From assembly GCA_963845145.1 (NCBI GenBank), contig CAWJQU010000006.1:39386-103385 (forward strand): 64,000 nt of DNA, read 5' to 3'. How positions within the stretch are numbered: the first letter of the stretch is position 1; every line of letters begins with the position of its first letter. The notes below the pieces were generated by a model, which searched no databases, had not been told where the DNA came from, and saw nothing but the letters and a program-made list of their open reading frames with translations. Source of the DNA: an uncultured delta proteobacterium. GTDB taxonomy: Bacteria > Desulfobacterota > Desulfobacteria > Desulfobacterales > QNYZ01. Positions 39,381-49,810 of this stretch are shown here, piece by piece. The position numbers and the translations under genes were made by a program.

Positions 39381-41805
39381 TCAATATCGCTTTTGATGAA
39401 TTTCATCCAGGCGTCAGCCGTTTCAAGTCCTCTACAAAAGCCACCATATGGGCGATCATGGTTTCCCAGATGCGTTCTGCCTTTTTCAACACTTGCTTGC
39501 GTCGGGTCGCCCATGACGCCCGTTGCGGATATTTTGCGGGTATAGGCGTACCATGAGACACCCCTTTTAGAAGTAAAATCGAGATAATGGCTCGAAAACC
39601 GCGGGTATGGATTTTTCTGGCGAGCCGCCATGTCCACCAGATGGGGCCGGATCGCCAGGGTCGTGCTGGTTTCGATTTCACCGGCATGGACGTCGTTACG
39701 GGTTTTGATCATGCCGTCAACATCCACATCGCTGGTTTCCCCGGTATCGACGCAGACGAAAATGCGGGCGTCCCGGTTGATTTTCTGGGCGGCATAGTTG
39801 AGTGCCGGCCCATTGCCCCCATGGCCATTGATGATGACCAGTTTACGGATACCGTTGGCCGCAATGCTCATGCCGATATCATATACCAGGCGCGAAAGGG
39901 CTATCGTTGCTGATGCTCACGGTGCCGCTGAAATCATCGTGGTGATAGGAAACACCGAAAGGGATCAGCGGCAGTACATAGGGTTTCGGATCGCTGCATG
40001 CCTGGGCGCGTATGAACCGCTAGGTATTGTGCGTCAAAAGCATCCGTATCCAGCGGCAGGTGCGGTCCATGCTGCTCGATGGCCCCGACCGGGAAAAGGG
40101 CGATATCCACTTTTTTAAGTCGCTGTTTGGCCTGTGGCCAGTTCAGTTCGCCCCACATCACGGAGGCCGGATGGGTTTGGATAATGCCGGCTCGTTTTCC
40201 TTGCGTTCCGTAATCCAGTTCAAAAGGATAGGGCTCAGCAAAAAGCGGATCCGTGAAACAGATTGACCGGCATCCACCGGTTGTCCTTTCGCTGTAGAGC
40301 ACCGTCGGCATGTTGCAAAAATATTTTGAAAAGCGGGCTGGCGCAATTCACGGGACACTGCGTGGAGAGGCGAGCATTCCGGATCGATACGAAGGCTGAG
40401 AACTTCCGGGATGCGGGGCTGCAGTGGTATCGGCCAAATGGTCCATTGAGATCGCTCCACGTTTGCTGTCAACATATAATCAGCTGGCGTTGACCTTCAG
40501 CCTCCTGGTGGATGCCTTTTTCAGCGAACTGGCTGCAAGCAGTGGGCTGACCTGGTGTCCGAATACCCGCAGGCTTGAGGTGATTGACCCAGGGCGGTGA
40601 GCATCCCGACAATGCGGCGGCATTTTTCGCATCGTCCGCACGGCTTTACCCGGTCCTCTTCTTTGTGAGCGGCGTGACAGGACATCTGCAGTTTCAGCAG
40701 TTCGGGATAGCGTTGGGAGAGCGTTTTTTCAATGAGCAATTCCGAAAGCGGCCTTAAAACGGAAAACTGGCTGACCATCCACCCTTTCTGCATAAAATAG
40801 CGGCTCATGGCGTCGTCAAAATAGCGACTCTGGTCATACAGCCCATCATAATGGGCAATCCCGTTGAATGAGCTTTCACGGTGGTATCGAATTCATCTCC
40901 GATCACAAGCCGTCCGATCCCCTGTTTTTTAAGCAGTGGGAGGACGCCGAATAAGAAGACCGCCACGGTCCAAAGGCGGATAGGGTATTCGTCGCTGCGG
41001 ACGTCTGGCAAAATCTTTTCGTATAAACGGCATATGCCGCAGAAACCAGGCAAATACCCGATCGCTGTTCAGCCAAACCCGGGCGGTATTGGGAACATGA
41101 TCCCGGAAATGGCGATAGGCATTCAGCGCGGTTAACCAGTGGCGCCCCGACTCATTGCAGAAAATCGGGTGGATTTCCCGACAGCTGGCCCAGGCGTCTG
41201 TTTTTGCAGAGATTTCACTGAGTAGGCCGAAACTGAGCAGGCTGTCTTTGCCGCCGCTGGAAAGCACGCAGATATTGCGTTTGTCCACGGGCCATACCCG
41301 CCAAAAGTCAGGATCGGTTTCCCTGGTCGGCATCTGGAAATTCGATCTCGGCCCGAGTATAGGTTTTCCGATTATCTGGGGGGTAAATCTTTAACTCCCG
41401 CTGACAGAAAGGGGTTGGGTTCTAGAAATTTTTTAACAAAAATCTCACGGGAGGTGTTCTCCATCATCATGCGGATCAATTGCTGATCAATATTGTCCAG
41501 AGGGCCGTGAAATAGGATGCGTCGGCAAAAAAGGCCGTAGTTCAATGCCACCTGTATCGCCGATCATAGTGGCAAGGTTCACCGAATCGGGTTGATCCGG
41601 CTCGAACACCCGCTCTTCATATCTATAGATGAGTTCCGTTTCGGTTTTCGTTTCACCATAAAAAAGCCGATAAGGCATGATCAGACGATGGGGCTCCAAC
41701 CGGACCGGTCCTACCTCCAGACGGTCGAAGACCACCAGGATGGAGAGGGGATCTGCCGATGGAATTCAAAGGTCCAGGGTTCGTTTGCGTTTGGGGAAAG
41801 GTCAT
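39381..41805 (-). CDS. PP-loop ATPase domain fused to creatininase/amidohydrolase (~800 aa); many frameshifts
   Basis: Fragments in order: FDRLEVGPV, LSSGGKDSLL, NESGRHW, IGDEFD, SCH..PCGRCEKC, then PVGAIEQHGPHLPLDTD, INGHGGN, DVHAGEIETS, ending DEIHQKRY*. Confidence 0.75.
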
Positions 41806-41817
41806 TTTTACTTTTTT

Positions 41818-42921
41818 CTATGAATTATTTTTAAGGTATTTGGCCAGCAATTCCACCAACCGGTCGGCTCCCTCTTCGAGGACGTCTATGGCCGGCAGTC
41901 CGATGACCATTTCAATGCTATTGCAAATCGCCGGGATCTGATCTTGTGGACAGATTTTCATGATTGACCGTGATGGCCACTACCGGTTTACCGCTGATCA
42001 TTTCGATGGCTTGTATCTGCTGACCCAGAGGATGAAGGGGATATCCTGGGAATCCGTCATACTCTTTTCGGGCCGGTGCGTGCTGCAGAACGATCACATC
42101 CGGGCGGCCGGCGGCCATGATCTCGAAACCGCCAGGGTAGGCGGGGTTCATCAGGCTGCCTTGTCCCTCGATGACAATGACGTCAGGACGTTGTTCATTC
42201 CAGGCACGGCAGACAGCATGCTCGATCTCCCCGGCTACGAAATCGTTGATCAGGGAATCAAGCACGATACTGTATCGGGCCCCTTGCATCCAGGCGGTCT
42301 GCCCGGTGCCGATGAGTTCGGCCGAGTGGCCCTGTGGCTTCAAAACCCTGCACGATACGCCAGGCTGTCGTCCGTTTTCCCACGGCTGAATCCGTTCCCA
42401 GAACGGCCACTTTCAGTGCCTTGACCTGCTCGATGTTTCCGCTGAAAAAATGGAGTTCTGGAACGCGGCGGCGGTTTGCGAATATCCCTGATAACAGCGC
42501 CGCTCTCCGCTGCGAATTGCATCATTTCAGGGTCTTCGGAAATGAATTCATGCAGCCCGCTGTCTACATTCAGGCCGGCTTGCAATGCCTTAGCTGCGGC
42601 CTGCACGGGCTGCGAATGTCAACTTTCCGCCGTCGGTGGCCAGGCCGATCACCAGATGGGTGGCCGCTTCACCACGGTCGGAGCAATAGTGCCATGGCAT
42701 CCGTCAGTGAGGCATGAATGGGAATGCCGTTTGCTTTTCCATCCAGAACCATGCCGGCTTCGCGGCCCGCGCAGTGTGGAATCCACCACGGACATCACCC
42801 GGTATCGACGGGTAAATCGCACCAGGCCATGGGCGGTTTTGCCGTAGGTGTTCTCAAAGGCACCTTCGCAATATACGATGGCGTTGCCGTCAAGGTTGGA
42901 AGTTGAAGTCATCGTATTCAT
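41818..42921 (-). CDS. DUF1611 family protein (DgcN-like); frameshifted
   Basis: GKTAHGLVR, NVDSGLHEF, GTGQTAW, IEGQGSL motifs across several frames. Confidence 0.82.
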
Positions 42922-44032
42922 GCTTTTCTTCCTGTGAGTACTGCAACATACCGTTCCGGAGGCAGAGGGTGGCGTTTATGGTGTTCTAACAATGCGATCA
43001 GACCGGCGGTACTGGCCGGCAATACCTGGAGTCCCTCTTTTTCCCGGATCAGCCGTGGAGATCGTCATCATTCGCTTGTCCGAAGCGTTGGCGGCCCATC
43101 CATCGGAGTGCATTGATCGCCCCCAGGGCATGATCCCCATCAATGGCGTGCCAATTGATCAACGGTTCGTTAATGGCCGTTTCCTGAATTTTATCACGGC
43201 GCAGATCCTCGCAGGCGGACAAGCGCTTGATAAAGGAAGTGACAATCGGGTTTTTACCGTGCGAGGAGCCGGCAACGAAATGTGGTATTTTCGATGTTTT
43301 TCCCCGGCGATACAGGCTAAGAAACCTTTATAAATACCGGCCAGGGTGGTTCCATTGGAGACCGGTGCAGCAATCGACTTTGGGGGCATCCCTTAACTCA
43401 TCAAAGATTTCCCTGGCAATTTCCCCATAGGCGGAAAGCTGTAAGATGGTATTGGTGCCGCCGGGATTGGCATCGTAGTATTCTTTTTCGGCTGCTTTTT
43501 TTGAGGAGAGTGTCGACGGCCTTTTCATAATCACCGGAAACTCTTAGGATTTCCGCTCCCAGGCTTTTCATCTCTTCGATTCGACGGGTTTGGTACCCCT
43601 GGGGAATGAATACTAGACAATGAATACCGGCCATGGATGCGGCCATGGCCATGGCCACCCCGTAATTACCGCAACTGGCCAGGGTGATGACATCGAAGCC
43701 ACGTCGCAAGGCATCATGGCTTGCGTAAACGCGATCCGGTCTTTCTGGGTTCCCGTGGGATTGCCGCCCTCAAATTTCAGATAGAGTTGCCGGAACCCAT
43801 ACTCCCGTTCGATATTTCGGGCGCGCACCATGGTGGTATCGCCCACTTCGGAATCGATGATATCTTCGTAGGAAGCGAGCCGGTCTTCCAGCGGACAGGT
43901 GCTATCGGCAGCGATGCGGCGCTGTTCATCCACCTCCCTGTAGACTGCTTCCACTTCACCGGTGGCACCGTCGAGAAGGTTGAAGTTTCTGGCACCATTG
44001 ATCATTTCGATTTTATCTGCATAACCGTTCAT
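42918..44032 (-). CDS. Threonine-synthase-like fold-type II PLP enzyme; frameshifted
   Basis: LYLKFEGGNPTGTQKDR (PLP lysine), SCGNYG, PVSNGTTLAG; stop overlaps the DUF1611 start (ATGA). Confidence 0.82.
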
Positions 44033-44404
44033 AATAAAAATATCCTAATAACCTGAATGAGACTTAACGAAAAGAATAATACCGTCTTTGGGATTTCCAA
44101 GCGAATTTATAATTCCTAATTTGATGGGCGCTAGGAATTTGTAGAACTTAAATCAGATCTGGAACCGATACACTGAAAATACGATATATTTTGCCAGCTT
44201 ATTTTTACGTTTGTCAACCGGTAAATATCCTGCAAATATACGGAGGTCTTGAAAGTTTTTGTTTTCGCACGATCTCACAATAAATTGAGAATCCAAATCA
44301 CGACCATCTTCTTTTAAAAATAGTGTCTATTGAAACCAGGAACAGATTTGTTATAATAAAAAGCCTTAAATGACACAGTTTTTGTTTATCATGGAAAAAT
44401 AGAC

Positions 44405-45469
44405 ATGAAACCGACAGCAGACGATTTCGAACAGAAAATTAAACTGGCCGAGCTGGATTATCTCAGAGGCCAATTCTGGAAGGTCTCCACAAAAGATGTG
44501 ATAAAAACCCGTTCCCCCTTAATGATGACGGTGTTAACAAAGATTCGAAGTGTCGCTCCCACCAAAGCCATTGTCATTTTTAGCGGTGAGACCGGCACGG
44601 GAAAGGGGGTTATGGCTCGGTTGCTGCACCAACATAGCAATCGTGCCGAGGAGAGCTTTATCGATGTTCACTGCGGTGCCATTCCCGATACATTGCTGGA
44701 GAGCGAGTTGTTCGGCCACGAAAAAGGGGCATTTACCGGTGCCACGCGTAAAAAACTCGGCAAATTTGAAATCGCCGTCAAGGGGACGATCTTCCTGGAT
44801 GAAGTGGGTACGATTACGCCCCTTGCTCAGATCAAATTGCTTCAGGTCTTGCAGGATGGCACATTCAGTCGGGTGGGCGGTGAGAAAACCCTTGTCACCG
44901 ACGCAAGAATTATCGCTGCCACCAATTCGGATCTAAAGAGCATGTCGGAGGACGGCCGGTTTCGAAAGGACCTATACTACCGTTTGAATGTATTCCCCAT
45001 TGAGATACCCCCCCTGAGGGATCGCAGAGATGACATTCCTCTCCTGGCTCATATATTTGTAGAACGGTTTAATCAGAAGTACCAGGGTGGGATCTCGTCC
45101 ATTCATCCTGTCGTATTGGAAGGCATGCGCCGATATGATTGGCCAGGTAATGTTCGGGAATTGGAAAACCTGATCGAGCGGGCTTATATCCTGGCGACGG
45201 ACGATATTCTCATGCCGCATTGTTTTCCGACTGAGATTTTTGGGGAAACCGAACAGATAGAATTTCCGACGTTAGTCAAAGCGGCGACCCTGTCTGAATC
45301 CCGGCGAGTGGTGGTCGAAGTGTTTGAGGCCCAATATATCAAGGATGTTCTTGCCAGACACAAGGGGCGGGTCAATCAGTCCGCCGAAGACGCCGGCGTA
45401 GGCGTGCGACAATTTCACAAACTCATGCAAAAATATCACATCCGCAAAGAGCGGTTTTTTGATAAATAA
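44405..45469 (+). CDS. sigma54-dependent activator lacking an N-terminal sensory domain
   Basis: GETGTGKG, GAFTGA, WPGNVREL and HTH; the AAA+ domain starts ~35 aa from the N-terminus. Confidence 0.88.
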   Translation: MKPTADDFEQKIKLAELDYLRGQFWKVSTKDVIKTRSPLMMTVLTKIRSVAPTKAIVIFSGETGTGKGVMARLLHQHSNRAEESFIDVHCGAIPDTLLESELFGHEKGAFTGATRKKLGKFEIAVKGTIFLDEVGTITPLAQIKLLQVLQDGTFSRVGGEKTLVTDARIIAATNSDLKSMSEDGRFRKDLYYRLNVFPIEIPPLRDRRDDIPLLAHIFVERFNQKYQGGISSIHPVVLEGMRRYDWPGNVRELENLIERAYILATDDILMPHCFPTEIFGETEQIEFPTLVKAATLSESRRVVVEVFEAQYIKDVLARHKGRVNQSAEDAGVGVRQFHKLMQKYHIRKERFFDK

Positions 45470-45612
45470 TACCCTTTGGCCACACCCTGTATCCCTTTTA
45501 TTCGAAACCATCCTCAAGCTGCATGAGTCATCCACAGGTCGACACCGGAATTCCGAGTACCTTTTTTTTGCACCTTTTAAAAATTGATGTATTATTTAAA
45601 ATAGTTAAGAAA

Positions 45613-45628
45613 TGGCGTTAAAATTGCT
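45613..45628 (+). promoter_or_regulatory. sigma54 promoter upstream of the small gene-corA-mscS-DMT cluster
   Basis: TGGCGTTAAAATTGCT (GG-N10-GC, TTGC). Confidence 0.7.
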
Positions 45629-45728
45629 TAGACTTATTGAACAAAGAGCTGGGCGGCTGGGTCGCTTCGTCAAGCGATCACAATTCGCTTTTTGGCCTAT
45701 ATCGTCAACTGATATGATCAATAGAATA

Positions 45729-46030
45729 ATGTATCGAAAAAAGGGCAAGGATGTGACCCGGGATCCCCCCCAAAAAAAAACGGATCGGCCCTCATAGAAG
45801 GGATCATCGTTCCGACTTCGTGGGATGAGAGCGGGTATCCTATTGATTTCTCATTACTTACATATGATGAGAGAGAATACAGGATTGATCCTTTGTTTGT
45901 AAAAAACCACGATATCGCTGCTTTCACCCGAAAAAAAATCCGGATTGTCTATCATCAGGGTAAAAGAGATGATCTCACGGATATCATTTTCCCTGAAGAG
46001 ATCAACGAAGTAAACAAACCGGATGCTTGA
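45729..46030 (+). CDS. Small hypothetical protein, frameshifted at the C7A9 run; not in the ORF track
   Basis: MYRKKGKDVTRDPP... then a shifted frame LIEGIIVPTSWDESGYPIDFSLLTYDEREYRID...NKPDA*. Confidence 0.5.
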
Positions 46031-46146
46031 TAACCCGGATGAATGATAACCGAGGAAAATAGAGGGACCTGAATTCAACCCACCCGCCTGCAGTACTTGA
46101 AAATAATCATCAAATAGTGAAGTATGAGCCTATTTAATATCATGGG

Positions 46147-47217
46147 GTGGATATGCTTAAGTTTACGAAGAGGGTCTCCAAAAAATCAGGCGCTGCTCCT
46201 GGGACATTGGTGCACATCGGCGAGCATAAAACCGACCGGGTCCGTATTAGCGTCGTCAACTATTCCGCCGAGCACCTCCGCGAGCAGGAATGTGAAAATT
46301 TAGATGAGGCATTTTCGTTTAAAAAATCGAACACGACGACATGGGTCAATGTTGACGGTATTCACGACATTGATTTGATCGAAAAAATCGGGCGACAATT
46401 GAGCATCCATCCGTTGACTCTGGAAGATATCCTTAATACCGGGCAGCGGCCCAAATTCGAAGAGTACGAAGAATATCTCTATTTTGTTCTGAAGATGTTT
46501 TACGTGGACGAAGCGTCCAATGACATTCGGTCAGAACAGGTCAGCCTCATACTCGGAAGCGACTATCTCCTCTCCTTCCAGGAAGTGCGTGGGGATGTGT
46601 TTGAGGTTGTCAGGGAAAGGCTTCGAAAAGGAAAAGGTCGAATGCGAGGCGGTGGGGCCGACTATCTGGCTTATGCGCTTATTGACGCGGTGGTCGATCA
46701 TTATTTCGCGATACTGGAAAAAATAGGGGTTCTGATAGAGGATATCGAAGAAGAACTGCTGGCTGACGCCACGGCGAATACCGTGCAGAATATCCATGCC
46801 ATGAAGCGCGAGCTGATCTACTTGCGCAAACAGGTTTGGCCGCTTCGCGAAGTGATCAACACTGTGACGAAACAAGAATTGACTTTAATCGACCAAAAAA
46901 CGATTTTGTTCTTTAGGGATGTCTATGACCATACGATTCAAATTATCGACACCATCGAATCGTACCGGGATATCTTATCGGGAATGCTGGACTTGTATCT
47001 TTCCACCGTCAGCAATCGAATGAACGAGGTCATGAAGGTCCTGACCATTATTGCCACCATTTTTATTCCCATCACTTTTGTGGCAGGGATTTACGGCATG
47101 AATTTCAAATTCATGCCGGAACTTGAATGGCGATGGGGATATTTGGCCGTGTGGGGCCTTGTCGGTTTTATTGTGCTGCTCATGCTCGTTTTTTTCAGAC
47201 GCAAAAAATGGATTTAA
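46147..47217 (+). CDS. corA: Magnesium/cobalt transporter CorA
   Basis: HPLTLEDI, QRPKFEEY, MNEVMKVLT, GIYGMNF, MPEL. Confidence 0.96.
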   Translation: MDMLKFTKRVSKKSGAAPGTLVHIGEHKTDRVRISVVNYSAEHLREQECENLDEAFSFKKSNTTTWVNVDGIHDIDLIEKIGRQLSIHPLTLEDILNTGQRPKFEEYEEYLYFVLKMFYVDEASNDIRSEQVSLILGSDYLLSFQEVRGDVFEVVRERLRKGKGRMRGGGADYLAYALIDAVVDHYFAILEKIGVLIEDIEEELLADATANTVQNIHAMKRELIYLRKQVWPLREVINTVTKQELTLIDQKTILFFRDVYDHTIQIIDTIESYRDILSGMLDLYLSTVSNRMNEVMKVLTIIATIFIPITFVAGIYGMNFKFMPELEWRWGYLAVWGLVGFIVLLMLVFFRRKKWI

Positions 47218-47234
47218 AAAAAGGAAAATTCCAT

Positions 47235-49810
47235 ATGTTGTGTGCTATCAAAACTGCGCGGTGGCTGCTACCCCTGACAGCCGTCGCCTTTTTTATAATT
47301 GTTTTTAGTTTTCCGGCCAACGCCGCGGAAAATGGTGAGAGGCTCGTTGATTTTACGGAAAGCACCGGCAGGGCCCTTCAGGAAACCCTACAACGCACTA
47401 TCGACGCAGAAAGTGACCTGTTGGAAAAGCTTTCCCAGCGGCGTAAACAGCTGCAAGGTCTTCAGAAATCTGTATCCATTGCGATCGACGCTTATAATAT
47501 CCAAAATATCGTCCATAATAATCTTCTCCTGCAACCCGAAACCCCCATCATTTCTTTGGAAAGAGCGCAAAATGGCAGTCGGTCGGTACTTGAACCGATT
47601 GCAGAAAGTATAAAAGAACTTACCAGACAACGTGATGCAGACGTTGTATTACTCAATCGAACCAAAAACCAGATTAGTTTAAGTCGTAAGCAGGCTGCTG
47701 AAATCGATAATACAGGCTGGCCCAAGGTAGAAAAAGATGAAATCATCACCGCCATCCGGGAACTCGGGCGCATTCTCGAACGCAAGCTGGATGTCCTTGA
47801 AAATTTAATCGATGGTTTTAATGAGGTTGTCAGGCAATATGATACGGTTCGGTCTTCAACTGCCGATCTGAGTGAAAAACTGGATGCTCAAATAAATAGT
47901 CGCCAATCCAAAGCACTTTTTGAAAGAAAATCGGTTCTTTCCAAAGCCTTTAAAAAAGATGGGTTGAATAAAGAGCTGGAAATCTTGGCAGACAATCTTC
48001 GGCATCCGTTTAAGAGAGATTTGTTAACAGGAGCCCACCGACTTCAATCACCCGGCCCGGTCGTGGTGCTACTTATAATTTTTCTTGGTTTTGGTGACGG
48101 TGTTTATCGTCTCCCGCCTGCGACAGTCTTATCGGGCTTACGAGAAAAAGAACACGGTCGTAGAGACCCATCGTTGGCGACTTCTTGCCGTTAACCTGCT
48201 CAGGCGCTCTTTGTGGGTCATCGGCGCACTGTTTCTGCTTTTTTGTTGGGAAGCGTTCAACCTGTGGCATGAGCGATTTTTGTATTTTCAAACCGTTTTT
48301 AATTTATTGCTCATCTATTTGCTTTTACGCTGGTTGCGGGACTATTTGACCTTTAGAAAACCGGGGGCCGCCCTTTTTATCCCGGATAAGGCTGCTTTCA
48401 AATTAAAACGGATGGCCCTCTGGGTCAGCCTGTTCGCTGCTATTTATGTCGTTCTTAAGACCGCCACAGTTGAAGAAAGCACGATTCTGGCCTGGGGAAG
48501 ATTATTCATCGAAATATACCTTCTGATTTGTTGTTTCGGTTTTTGGCGGGCCATTGAAAATGCCAATCGAGATTCTAATCCCGATCCATTATTAAATAGA
48601 ACGGCTTCTTATAAGCCCGTCATGTTCCTGACCTATGTCATTACCTTGGGCGCTTTGGCCATTGAGTTGATCGGGCTTCCGGTTTTTGCCTTATACTGGC
48701 TATTGTCCTGGGCACGCACCCTGGCGGTACTATTATGGGCGGTCATTCTATTTAGGGCCATAGTGGAATGGCGTGCGGAATGTCAGCCTGAATCAGATGG
48801 TGATGATGAACCGGCTGTCGCGATATACCCACTTGAACGGGTCCTTTTATCTCTGGCCTGGCTGGGTTGGTTTAGCGGATGTATCGGCATGCTGGCGCTG
48901 GCATGGAATACAAGACCCAATGCCGTAACCGGGATTCATACTATTTTTAATCAATCTTTTTCCGTTGGCAAGATAACTCTCAACTCGTTGGACCTGCTGG
49001 TGGCCGTCCTCGTTCTTTTTCTAACCCTTATCATGACGCGGTTGGGTCGGTTTCTCATCACCCAAAAGATCTTTCGGGAAAGCGATTTGGCACCCGGTCT
49101 GCAGGCATCCATTACCACCATTGCATCCTATCTGATATGGGGGGTCGGGGTGATCCTGGCTCTTAAGCATTGTCGGCTTCAACACCACATCGCTAACCGT
49201 CGCGTTCGGGGCGTTGGGAATCGGGCTTGGGTTTGGTCTTCAAGCTATTTTTAATAATTTTTTCAGTGGGATCATTCTACTGTTCGAGAGACCCATTCAG
49301 GTTGGCGATGACGTTGAAATCAATGGTACCTGGGCCACGGTTAAAAAAATAAACGTTCGGGCGACGATTGTGCAAACCTATGATAACGCGTCTTTAATAA
49401 TCCCCAATTCTGAATTTATCAGTAGCGTTGTTAAAAACTGGAGTTTCGGTGATAAGCGTCTGCGGCGCGATATTGACGTCGGCGTGGCTTATGGGTCGGA
49501 CGTGGACTTAGTTCGCAGTACATTGTTGGATATTGCATCCCAAATTCCCAGGGTTTTTAAAAAGCCCAAACCGGAAGTCGTGTTTGCTGATTTCGGTGAC
49601 AGTGCGCTTATTTTTCGATTGCGGATCTGGACGGATATTGACCATATGATCAAAGTGCCTACGGAAATTCGATTTGATATTGATCGGCGATTTCGTGAAT
49701 ACGGCATTGAGATCGCTTTTCCCCAAAGGGATATTCATATTCGATCCGCCGGGAAAGCACCTGGCAGTCTGACCGATGGTGACCCCGAAAAAAGTACTCC
49801 GACCCAATGA
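47235..49810 (+). CDS. Large MscS/MscK-like mechanosensitive channel; two frameshifts (~48085, ~49170)
   Basis: Signal peptide plus coiled coil (47127 ORF), multi-TM region (48085 ORF), GIGLGFGLQAIFNNF..IPNSEF..IAFPQRD (49214 ORF). Confidence 0.85.

Noticed and set aside
47235..49810. Three separate genes in the large MscS region
   Set aside because: The pieces are consecutive domains of one MscK-like channel joined by two single-base shifts.
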